Source: Hyphochytrium catenoides (Eukaryota; Protista; Hyphochytriomycota). Taken from it: a DNA stretch of 40,653 bases. A program made the position numbers and the translations under genes. How positions within the stretch are numbered: the stretch's first letter is position 1; the number at the start of each line of letters is the position of its first letter. Below the pieces are notes generated by a model. It saw nothing but the letters and a program-made list of their open reading frames with translations, made no database searches and was not told the DNA's origin. Below are positions 1 to 9,720 of the stretch, one piece after another. The stretch covers positions 1 through 40,653 of the forward strand of contig FLMG01000879.1 of assembly GCA_900088475.1 (NCBI GenBank), read 5' to 3'.

Positions 1-229
1 ATGGGCATGCTCTGCGACGTATCCTGTCCGAGCCGCTGCATAAGGTAGGGTGTTGAGTTGCAGCAATAACGGTACTCGTACAAGTAAAAAAGGGTATGAT
101 GGAGGTGTTGCAGAATTCTTCTAATTCTTCTTTCTTCTGCTACTACCCGCAAATAAAGGCGTTTGAACACAGTACCTTACCAGGAAGGGGAAACGTTAGT
201 TTCGGATACAAACTGCTTATTCTCCTCCA

Positions 230-880
230 GACGATGCTGCTACCTGTACCACTACTACTACCACCGCCTTCTTCACAACGGCCTGAGCGGCGGGGGGAGA
301 GATGGAAAGGGAAGAAGGGAGTGTACAGGCGGCCGTGTCTCCCTCCTCCTCCTCCTCTCCTCCCTCCTCCTCCTCCTGCTGCTGCTGCAGCACCTTTTCC
401 TGCTGCCTTTCTTCATCGTCCTCCTCCTCACCGCCACTACCTGAGGCGTCGATCGTCCGTAATGTCGTCGATCACTGAGAAAGATATAATAGCTGTGCAG
501 CAGCAGCATATATTATAATAGTACACTATTCTGGTATGTCATAGCTACGAACATTCTGCTTCTTCCCCTAATAATAGAAGAGGAAAGAAGAAGGAGGAGG
601 ACTATATTGAGGACTATTATTATAGATAGGCGGGTAGACTGCCGAGGCCATCGTACAGGACAACCGCCGAGAGTAGTTCACGGATCGACAACCTCCTCTG
701 TTCACGTTATTAGTCTCGTAGTAGAGAATGAGATTAGGATGGCTACTAGTGGTGGTGGTGATGATGGTGGCTACTAGTGGTGGTGATGGTGCTCCTCCTT
801 TGTTTCCCCCCGCCACCACCCTCCTCCTCCGTCCTCCTTCCCGGTCAAGGGATACGACAATAGGCCGCCGCACTATTATC
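230..880. repeat. Low-complexity triplet-repeat region (CCT, GCT, CTA, GGT runs), probably decayed coding sequence
   Basis: Runs of cctcctcct, ctgctgctg, ctactacta, ggtggtggt. The minus strand at 614-625 reads CTA TAA TAA TAG, like a mutated poly-Q. The listed ORFs are low-complexity artefacts. Confidence 0.6.
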
Positions 881-1319
881 AACCAGATGACAAGTCATAC
901 ATCTGGGTCGTTGGTGACCATAATGATAAGTAGGATAGCCGCCCCGCTGCGCTGTTACGCCTCATCAAGAAATCGGCCTATCAACTTTATTTATATATGA
1001 CATTATAGTAATATTCTCGTGGAGAGAAGAGAAATCAGATACCGGACGCCAGCAGCGAGCCTGGCGCACCATTGAGAGCCTAGCTTAGCACATGATGACC
1101 GAACCCCATCACCACTGCCTCCCTTTAGAGCAGGGGCAGTGGCAGACAACAAGGGGAAGGGCTCCCCGAGGGACTGTGTCAATGTAAACCTATTGGAGGC
1201 CTCACCATCCATACAGCCACCAATAAAAGAAGAAGAATATTCTGACAAGAGGAAGGTGTATCTTCATAAAACCAGAAGCAGCTACTGAAAAATGAGATAG
1301 ACCAACAGGCGAGATAACG

Positions 1320-1675
1320 CACCCAGCAAGGTAGGACAAACTTAGCTACAAGCAGGTGGACCAGACACCACTCCCGGTGCTGATGCTGACATGGAGCACC
1401 GCGAGGTCGCTCTCGTACCCTGCGCTGCGAAGGAGAAGCTTCCTGCCGCACAGGTTGAAGCGGTCCAACGCGAACAACCCATTCTCGTCAGGCAGAATGT
1501 GAATAACCTCAAGAGATCATCCTCACGATGCTGTCAACGGGAACGTCAGGCGAAACAGAGAAGGGTAATTAAGTGGAGAATTGTCAACGACAGAGGTAGG
1601 GAACCAGGCTGGCCAGGCCCAGGCGCCAGAGCCCACCCGGCGGGCCGTCACAGCAGAAGAGACAATAGACCATCA
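1320..1675 (-). pseudogene. Degenerate coding fragment, family unknown
   Basis: Hand translation of one minus frame: ...WAWPAWFPTSVVDNSPLNYPSLFRLTFPLTAS*G*SLEVIHILPDENGLFALDRFNLCGRKLLLRSAGYESDLAVLHVSISTGSGVWSTCL*L. Protein-like, with isolated TGA/TAG stops. Confidence 0.35.
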
Positions 1676-2649
1676 GGTACCCGACAACAGAAGGGCACAT
1701 GAGAAGACGACAGGGTAAACAGGTAACGAAGATTCCACAGTACCGCGGACCTCACTATCACACGAGGCACCTAGGACGCCCGTAGCACAGCGGGGACAGC
1801 AGGATAACGGCGCAAGCAGAAGAGACTGAAACGAGAGCAAGAAGAATCACCACCTCAGCACCACCTAGCGCAACAGCAGAAGACAGGAACACAACGAGGA
1901 ACGATGAGAGGAAAAGACAACCTTGATGCGCGGTCACGTCGGTGGCGGTGTTGTGTGCGTGCCTTGAATCGTAGGTACGACCGACAGCCATTGTCATAGT
2001 ACGGCGGTTATCAACCAGCCGCCAATCCTCGCCTAAGTCCTAGGTAGAGGGTTTGGTCAGGCTAGGGTGAAGAAGAGGCCTCCTTTTTACTTACCTGCTT
2101 AGGGAGAGAAGAGCTAGTGTCGTCCATTTCTAGGCCATCATGACAAGAGGAAAGCAGATAGTAGGAAGGCAGGGCCGAGACCAAAGATTACCACCGAACG
2201 GCAAGCGAACGCAGGGGGCCGTCCATCGCGTACTCCTGAGCAGAGAATGGCCTCTGAGGTGGTCTCGTCGAAACGGAAAACTGAAGTTCTCACAAGTGGG
2301 TGGTACCCTTCGGCTCTAGAATGAAGCCTCCCTTGTTCCTTTTCAGAAAATGGACTGCTGCTGCAAGTAAGAAAAGTGACCAGTCGCTTGCCCACGTTGC
2401 TGAGCGTTCCTGCTGCCTGGCACTAGGAGGAAGAACTCTAACTGGTAAGGCGGATGCTCTTAATAAGCAGCGTTATGTGAGGATCGCTACACACAGGCCG
2501 TAGGCCTCACAATGTCCTCCTCCAGTAGCCCTACTTTGTTCAGTTTCCTTGCACTTATTGATGGTGGTCTTTCTAGAATGTATAGAAACCCGAAAAGCCC
2601 AGCTTTGTAAGCTGTATCCATCACGACGGTAGGTGTTCGTTAGATTGGC

Positions 2650-3330
2650 GGCGGTCTACATTCTCCTCTCTTTCTTGCGGTCCTACTTTCTGCTGGGCGA
2701 ACTATGTCTGCTTTCTTCTCCATGCGTTATTTCTCTCCTGAACTAGAGGCACCTCGCTATTCCATGCATGCGAATATCTCTCTTCGCCCATCATCTACAC
2801 CTCTACCTCCGTCGCTTGCCTACTATGCTGCGAAATCGTTCATTCTAGGTTGACAAACTCCTCCTACCAGTCTTTCCATAAAGCTTCTTTTGCCTTCCAT
2901 ATTGACCTCTACTTTCCTTTTCTTCACTCTACACTTTGCTTCATTCTCTTTAGCTGATCCTCGCATAGAGTCTCCCTTTTCCTTTCTCTGTATATGTACT
3001 GCTGATTACTCTCTGCACCACCATTGGTCTCATTTACTTTAAACGTGACTTATATTTATCTTCTCTCCTTCATCTCTTCTCCAGAAGAACGGGGACTTCA
3101 TCCGACCATCATTACCAACAATAGTGGCTCCGTCAGGAGGATAAAAGACGAGTTCCTAAAGTCTGTCTGAGTGAGAGAGTCTAAATAGGCGAGTAGTAAA
3201 GTTCTTCCTACATGGGATGCGCCCTTATACGAAAGCACTAACTTCTATTCTTGTCGTCGCTGCTATCTCTGTAATCCCAGACGCAGCATCATTCGTGTGA
3301 ACTGGTCTCGCCGATGAGCTTCCTCAGTTA
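2650..3330 (-). pseudogene. Stop-riddled fossil ORF, possibly a transposase C-terminal remnant
   Basis: One minus frame reads ...EEMKERR*I*VTFKVNETNGGAESNQQYIYRERKRETLCEDQLKRMKQSVE*RKGK*RSIWKAKEALWKDW*EEFVNLE*... ETNGGAES (3009-3031) loosely recalls the TN(N/G)xxES motif around the catalytic Glu of MULE-type transposases. Confidence 0.3.
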
Positions 3331-4936
3331 TTCAATCAACCTTGGCTGCCTATGTCCCTCTGTCTGATCTTCTTCTATCCCTCTGTCGCTTGAGCATTGG
3401 CTCTTGCCTACAGTAATTTGGTGGGCAACTTTATTGCTCTGTTTAGTACTTGTTCTTTTGTGGTGATGATGATGCCGGTTTATTTTTATCTGGTCTTGTG
3501 AGCTTTCTGGCCGCTCTTCCAAATTCTTGAATTGGACACCATCGTTGAGGCACTTTTACCTAATAAGCTGGTTGAGTCCTCCCACTCCAACCGTCTGCCA
3601 GTGGTGCGTGCTCCTTTCAATCTTCTGCACTACTATTATTGCTCGACACCTCCTCTTCTACATCTTTATATCACCGTCTCGTTAGTGACTAAACTCCATC
3701 CTACGTCGTTCTTCCTCCTCCTACTAGGGCTATTGTTGTTATTCCTCCGCGCCTCCTCCCACAACAACCAAACAGCCCGCGGAAGATGAAGCAATGGTAG
3801 AAAGACTTCAACATAGTAAAAGCAAGAAGATTGACTTAGATCCTGGCTACTGGTCTCAGAAGCGGATACAACAACACTCACCCAAATAGGTGTCTGATGC
3901 TTGCCTTCTGAGCAGGCAGATAGGATGAAGTGACCAAGGGACGAAGCCCAGCTATGAGGGATGAGGTAATAATGATGGTTGGGAAGGAGAGCAATTGCGA
4001 AAAAAGGTATTTTGAGGGTAATGAACTGCCAACGTGTCCCACTAGTTTGGGAGTCATTTGGGGTGGGCGGGGAGCTATTATGCCGAGCGGGCGTCGTTGA
4101 TTGTGTAAGGCATCTGGTGGTGAAGCTCCAGTGTTGTGACCGCTCTGCTCTTGATGGTTCTCGTCGGCATCGTGGTCAATGATCCCGCTTGGCCATGGCT
4201 TTACGCCTTCACACTAGAATCTCTGGGGATCCATGAAGAAAATGCGCGCTTCGCTTCAGATGTTGAAGCGAATTCCTCTTCTTGTTGGGTAGCTGGACCC
4301 TTCTCTTGCTTGCCTCGCGGTGGTTGAACTGGATGGTGACGACATTGTGGTTGGTGCTTCCTTGACCTCCTCCTCCTTCTTCTTCTCCCCATATTTATCA
4401 GTGAGGAGATCAATCATAATTCTTTCCTTACTGATGATGAGCTTTGGAGGAGATCGAGCTGATGAAGCCGAGACCAACAAGGCGTTATTTCTATAGCCTT
4501 TCTCGTCGTCTCCTCTTCTTCTTCCTCTTCCTTTCCTTTTCTTCTTTTTCTTCTCCTCCTGGTTCTTCCTCCTCTTCTTCGTCGTCCTCTACTCCTCCGT
4601 ACTGTTACAGGTAGGAGTACGGTACTGTAGCTTCAATGCCTATTATAAAAAAAAGGCTTATTATTTGAAATATAGGTTCTCATAGTCTTGAAGCTTGTTC
4701 TGTGGTACAGTACTGTAGGAACTACTGCAGAATAATAGGTCCGCAAAACTGAAGGTTTCGTGATGTAAATTTCGGAGGTAAGGTTTTTACAGTACCGTAT
4801 TATGACTGGTTTCGCAAAGAACGCGAATGAAGTTTCCCCTCCTTATTTGCTGTTTGTGCAAGTACAGCCTCCACAGAAGTACTTGTAGTTCTACTGTAAG
4901 TCTGTCTGTCAAAGTGTGCCTTAGAACAACTCAGTA

Positions 4937-5299
4937 GTACTTTTATTTAGTTACTAGTTGGAGAAACTAATAAGCGGAGTAACTACATACTAGACTTTAT
5001 GCATAGCCTACTCGTACGAGTACTGTCGTCTCTACCACCTCCACACTCCACCACCACATCACCACCACTACTAGAGAAGACCTCCGGCAACAGCTCCAGG
5101 AAGCTGACCCAAGATCGCATCCTCAATATGCGCAGGCAGGGGCATCCGGTGGAAGACCATTTCAGCATTGCAACGTTGCAAGAGGACAGAGATTCGTCTG
5201 TAAGCGGTGGTAGTGAGACATGAGAGAGGAAGACCTACTACACTCCCACACCACCTATCAAAGATAGCCCTAAGCCATTCTTTCAAGGTCAAATGAACG
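4937..5299 (+). repeat. Left arm of long inverted repeat
   Basis: Reverse complement of 5613-5950 with scattered substitutions and small indels. The mirrored ORFs 4999..5223(+) and 5685..5888(-) share LLEKTSGNSSRKLTQDRILNMRRQGH. Confidence 0.95.
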
Positions 5300-5612
5300 C
5301 TCAGTAGTACTGTTCTGACTTTGATGTGGCCTTATACAGTATACTGCACAGTAAAGAAGAAAAAGGACCTCACCAACCGTTCAGGTTTGAAATCTTGGGA
5401 TTGAGAAGGGGCAGCGTTTAGAATAGCAACCCCACCTCATCGGGCCACTCTCTGTCTTCAGTCTTCAAGCCTTCAAGCTCTCCCATGATACAGCAGTAAT
5501 AAATAAAGTACAAGTGATGCAAAGTTTCATGACAGTACAGTAGAAGTGAGGATCAAGGCTATGGTTTCCGGCCCTTGGCGCGGGAGTCCTTTGGCGGGGC
5601 AACGGAAACAAC

Positions 5613-5950
5613 CGTTCATTTGACCTTGAAAGGATGGCTTAGGGCTATCTTTGTGACAGGTGTGGGAGTGTAGGTCTTCCTCTCTCATGTCTCACTGCCA
5701 CGGCTTACAGACAAATCTTTGTCCTCTTGCAAGGTTGCAATGCAGAGAGGGTCTTCCATCGAATGCCCCTGCCTGCGCATATTGAGGATGCGATCTTGGG
5801 TCAGCTTCCTGGAGCTGTTGCCGGAGGTCTTCTCTAGTAGTGGTGGTGTGGAGTGTGGTGGTGGTAGAGACGACAGTACGCTATGCATAAAGTCTAGTAT
5901 GTAGTTACTCCACTTATTAGTTTCTCCAACTAGTAACTAAATAAAAGTAC
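5613..5950 (-). repeat. Right arm of long inverted repeat
   Basis: cgttcatttgaccttgaaag...ctaaataaaagtac is the reverse complement of gtacttttatttag...ctttcaaggtcaaatgaacg. Spacer is ~313 bp. Confidence 0.95.
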
Positions 5951-6033
5951 AGTAGAACCTAGCAGTAGTTACAAGTACTCCAATTATTAGGTTTCCCCAA
6001 CTAATAAGTAAATAAAAGTACAGTAGAACCTAG
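5906..6033 (+). repeat. Direct duplication (~57 bp, period 70) of the outer end of the inverted-repeat arm
   Basis: tactcca(c/a)ttattag...taaataaaagtacagtagaacctag at 5906-5962 and 5976-6033. Confidence 0.85.
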
Positions 6034-6123
6034 GGGTAGCGGATAGAGCTATGGCAGTCAAACACAGCGCTCCATTCTCTACAGTACTGTACTGATTTGG
6101 GGATCTGATAACTACTGAATACT

Positions 6124-6246
6124 NNNNNNNNNNNNNNNNNNNNNNNNNNNNNNNNNNNNNNNNNNNNNNNNNNNNNNNNNNNNNNNNNNNNNNNNNNNNN
6201 NNNNNNNNNNNNNNNNNNNNNNNNNNNNNNNNNNNNNNNNNNNNNN
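6124..6246. other. Assembly gap (123 N)
   Basis: Run of N characters. Confidence 1.
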
Positions 6247-6674
6247 CCCGTAAAGTTACAAATAGTCCCAGCTACCCAGCAAGAGCTCCCAGAAGCCTTG
6301 AAGGACTTGCCCATCTCCTCGTAAGACTTAGTAGAATTGACAAGTACAAGGTACTCTCTGTGTTCGTGGCTTCTTCTCTGCCTAGGCCCCTTGTACAAGC
6401 TATTCTGTAAGTCCGTGTCTTCTGTCACTTGCAATTGCTGTACCCGTACAAGCTACTGGTAGTCAAGGCGATGGCAAGTCTACTTGTAGCCTAAAGAGTT
6501 TTCTGTGGAACATACTGCTTCTGAGAATCTCTGACAGAAGACTTTTCTCTCAGGACTTCTGTCGGAAAGAAATGCCAGTGGACACTACTTCTTCTGCTGA
6601 ATCACCACTATACTCTCGTGACATTGCCGACTTCCACTTCGAAGGATCAGTTCGCAATTTTCTATTCGATAGCC

Positions 6675-8180
6675 ATGAAGGAAGAACTGGTTTCGCACAG
6701 AAGAAACGAAAGTGGCTTGCCTATAGCTAGCAGAACTAGCGAGAAGACTACTCGGTCAAATCAAAGGCCAGTGAGGACAGAGAGAGCCCTCGTGTCTGGG
6801 CGCGAAGGTCCGATGATCAATAGTGTGAGCCAACGTGAGTTCAAGAACGTTGCAGAAGATAATGTTCCAGTGCCATCATCTTCTCGAGTACAGTTTGCAA
6901 CTCTCTGGCACAAACATTATCACCTTTTCGAGAAAGTTCGGAGACTGTGTGTCTCTGGACCACCAGTTTATGGATCTCAAGCCCGCCAGGCGGAACTGTT
7001 GAAAAAGCTAGAGGAGTCGTGTGGTCGCGATAATCCCGATGATGTGATCTATGAAGCCCTTCGAAGCGTTGCAATCCAGCCAAAGCATAAAGCTTCACCG
7101 GATAGGAGGTCAGACAAGTTGCAAGGCCCATCGTCCGAGCAAGATAGCACTACTAATAAGCGCGGCTTTCAACGAGAGTACTCGGGCACCGATGGCGTCA
7201 ACTTCAATACGGCCTTCACGGATCAAAGTTTGAAACGTCGAGCGGAGAACAGAGCAAGGTCAATTATGCGCCTTCTTCCAAATGGCATCGGTAAAATTGA
7301 CAGTTTGCTGGACGTTGGGAGTTCTGAAGGGTCCATCACAGCAGCCCTTGCGGATGCACTGAGGCTGCCAAAGGAGCGAGTTTATGCGGCAGACATCGCG
7401 GCTCCAACCACCAAGATGCCGCCGCAGGCCTTCAATTTTGTACTTTTAGAGCCTAACAAACCTCTCCCATTCAAGGATGCATCATTCTCTTTGGTTACAT
7501 GCCTTATGTGCCTCCATCACGTACAAGATCAGGAGCTCATAATGCGAGAGTTCTTCAGAATCCTCAAGCCAGGGGGGTACCTGATCATCCGGGAGCATGA
7601 TCTGACTGAACAAGGAATGCGTCTGGTGATAGATATCATGCACGGTTTGTACAGTCTAGTGTGGAGTGACCCACCAGAAGATCCTTCTTTAGTGGAGACC
7701 TACCGCGCTCTCTATCGGAGCAAGGAGGAGTGGAGGTCCATGGCTCAAAGAGCGCAACTAGCTCTCTGTCCGACTGCGGAATGGCAAAACTGTGGCAGTG
7801 GCTACAGGACAAATCGGGGTTGGACGCAGCGAAGAGGTACAAGGGTTTACGGCCACGAGAGCTTCAAGCCTAGAGAGCCAAAGAAGATTGGTGAATTCTT
7901 GGGGTCAGAGGTTAGCGGCGCAGGAGTCGATAAGTATGGAGCATCGACTTCGGCCGCTGCCTGTAACGCTTACTTTGATACCTTTGTTAAACCCGTTGGA
8001 GCTTCCCTGGTGGCAACGTCAGGTAAGAGAACAGTGTTGGATGGGCCATTGGCCGCACAAAGGAATGAGCGCCATAGCAGTGCCGCGGGGACAGCGCCTG
8101 TTAGGCTCGCAAAGCGTGACTCTGAGCATGCTTATGGCACCGCAGCTGCCAACAAGAAGGGTAAAGCTTTGAACTCTTGA
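6675..8180 (+). CDS. Class I SAM-dependent methyltransferase (Methyltransf_11-like) with low-complexity N- and C-terminal extensions
   Basis: Intronless ORF, first ATG at 6675 (the track starts at GTG 6618). Motif I LLDVGSSEGSIT, post-I VYAADI, LPFKDASFSLVTC, MCLHHV, motif III RILKPGGYLIIREHD. Confidence 0.9.
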   Translation: MKEELVSHRRNESGLPIASRTSEKTTRSNQRPVRTERALVSGREGPMINSVSQREFKNVAEDNVPVPSSSRVQFATLWHKHYHLFEKVRRLCVSGPPVYGSQARQAELLKKLEESCGRDNPDDVIYEALRSVAIQPKHKASPDRRSDKLQGPSSEQDSTTNKRGFQREYSGTDGVNFNTAFTDQSLKRRAENRARSIMRLLPNGIGKIDSLLDVGSSEGSITAALADALRLPKERVYAADIAAPTTKMPPQAFNFVLLEPNKPLPFKDASFSLVTCLMCLHHVQDQELIMREFFRILKPGGYLIIREHDLTEQGMRLVIDIMHGLYSLVWSDPPEDPSLVETYRALYRSKEEWRSMAQRAQLALCPTAEWQNCGSGYRTNRGWTQRRGTRVYGHESFKPREPKKIGEFLGSEVSGAGVDKYGASTSAAACNAYFDTFVKPVGASLVATSGKRTVLDGPLAAQRNERHSSAAGTAPVRLAKRDSEHAYGTAAANKKGKALNS

Positions 8181-8238
8181 GGACTCTTAACGAAGCGTCA
8201 GCCCCTGACTGATTATGATGTAGCATCTTACTGAACAT

Positions 8239-9720
8239 TCATAGGGCTATCGTCGTATAGACCCCTCTTAGCGCCCTCGGTCCTGTTAGGGCGTAAACCT
8301 TACTCAAGATAAAGAAATAGTCACAGTGCGGCGGATTGGCTGCACTGCGTCGGATTGGCTGCTGCCCAGCAGTTACAATTTGTCCAGGTTCCACCCATGC
8401 TTCCTCATAAAGCTCCCTCACTGCCGTAGCAAGTGCACCGTCTTCATCTCGAAGAGCACGATCCCGGACAAATGAGGCTACTTCGTCTGGCAGAGGAGAA
8501 ATTTGATGAGCTTCGCTGAAAAGGCAGTCCTGTCGTAGAAGGTCCACCCGACGATAAAGCTCAAACTCCGCAGGCCACTCTGAAGGGATAGGATCCTGCC
8601 TCATTGAACCGTTCACTAGCCGGTGGTGAGCTCTCAGACACCTATTGATATCAAGATTAATCTCATGGTGAAACTCTTTCATAACGTGAAAGGGAGAAAA
8701 GAGGAAACCTCGTCCAGCCCAGTCACCGTCAAGGAAAATGCGCCTAAACTCAGCGCGCTCCAGGTCACTGTTATCTCTCATAAAGTTCCGAGATGCGGAC
8801 ATCGCTCCAAGATCTGGAAACCACTGCCCCTCAGAATTAGCGAAAGTGGCGGAATCCTTAGAGAAAGCACACAAGATCAAATGCCCGTCTTCCCGATATG
8901 TTTGCCATCTGTAAGTTACCTCCATCACTGCAAGGTGCCAAAAGAGGGCAACAATGGACAACACTATGTGAGCATTCATACTGCCATTCCTGTAGAGAAT
9001 CACGGTCTTGAGCCACACATAAGGTAAAGGCCTTGTTCTCCTTGGGTCAGAAGTGGGCATGTGGGTGATTAAGTGGCTGAAGAAGAGCCTAAAAGCAGCT
9101 TCGCCGCAGGTATGCTGCGACGCGTAATACGCACGCACATGCCTCATGGAATGGCCGAAGACGTCAATCTCATTTTCTGTTTGCCATTCCTCCTTAAGTT
9201 GATCGGCCTCATCCAGAACGAGCCCATCCTTCTGCTTGTCAAATATACGAAGCCAAATAGTGAGCTCTCCAGGAGTCAGATCTCTAAAACCTTTTTGAAG
9301 CTTGCCCCACAGTCCATTCAGTTCACGCTCCGCAACTTTATACCCGTTCTTAGTGAGAGTTCTTCGAAGTCTACGAACCCTCTGCCAGGAATCCGGAGGA
9401 GGACTGAAGTTAGGATCATTATTGGTAACCCATGCAGCGACCGAATTGAACACATTTTCCTGATCTTGGATTGAAAAGGGAAAGGCTAGGTCTTCACTGA
9501 ATTCCAGCGTGAGCAGCGATAACACTGCCGTCTCTTGAACTCTATGTAGCAGATAGGACATCGCAGGAGTCCACGCTGAGACGACGACAAGAACTTCAAT
9601 GCCCGCTTCATCATCATCCTTCTTATTATGAGGAGAAGCATTGTCGGTGCTGCGGACGAGAAGGGTGCCAGCGGACACCGCTCTCTGGTGGCTGGGGTTG
9701 GAAGCTCGAGGACTCGCCAT
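8239..9720 (-). CDS. Uncharacterised ~490-aa protein with a split, divergent Nudix hydrolase signature
   Basis: Intronless ORF, first ATG at 9720 (MASPRAS). N-terminal VSAGTLLVR...IEVLVVV resembles Nudix strands A/B. C-terminal DGALATAVRELYEEAWV matches the REUxEE half of the Nudix box, but the leading Gx5E and the trailing G are not canonical. Confidence 0.7.
   Translation of the reverse strand: MASPRASNPSHQRAVSAGTLLVRSTDNASPHNKKDDDEAGIEVLVVVSAWTPAMSYLLHRVQETAVLSLLTLEFSEDLAFPFSIQDQENVFNSVAAWVTNNDPNFSPPPDSWQRVRRLRRTLTKNGYKVAERELNGLWGKLQKGFRDLTPGELTIWLRIFDKQKDGLVLDEADQLKEEWQTENEIDVFGHSMRHVRAYYASQHTCGEAAFRLFFSHLITHMPTSDPRRTRPLPYVWLKTVILYRNGSMNAHIVLSIVALFWHLAVMEVTYRWQTYREDGHLILCAFSKDSATFANSEGQWFPDLGAMSASRNFMRDNSDLERAEFRRIFLDGDWAGRGFLFSPFHVMKEFHHEINLDINRCLRAHHRLVNGSMRQDPIPSEWPAEFELYRRVDLLRQDCLFSEAHQISPLPDEVASFVRDRALRDEDGALATAVRELYEEAWVEPGQIVTAGQQPIRRSAANPPHCDYFFILSKVYALTGPRALRGVYTTIAL

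Noticed and set aside
1000-2520. DIRS/LTR retrotransposon remnant
   Set aside because: No RT (YxDD), RNase H, integrase or tyrosine-recombinase motif was found in the frames I translated.
4983-5904. Paired small ORFs in the inverted-repeat arms as real genes
   Set aside because: They are mirror products of the repeat, short and without recognisable motifs.
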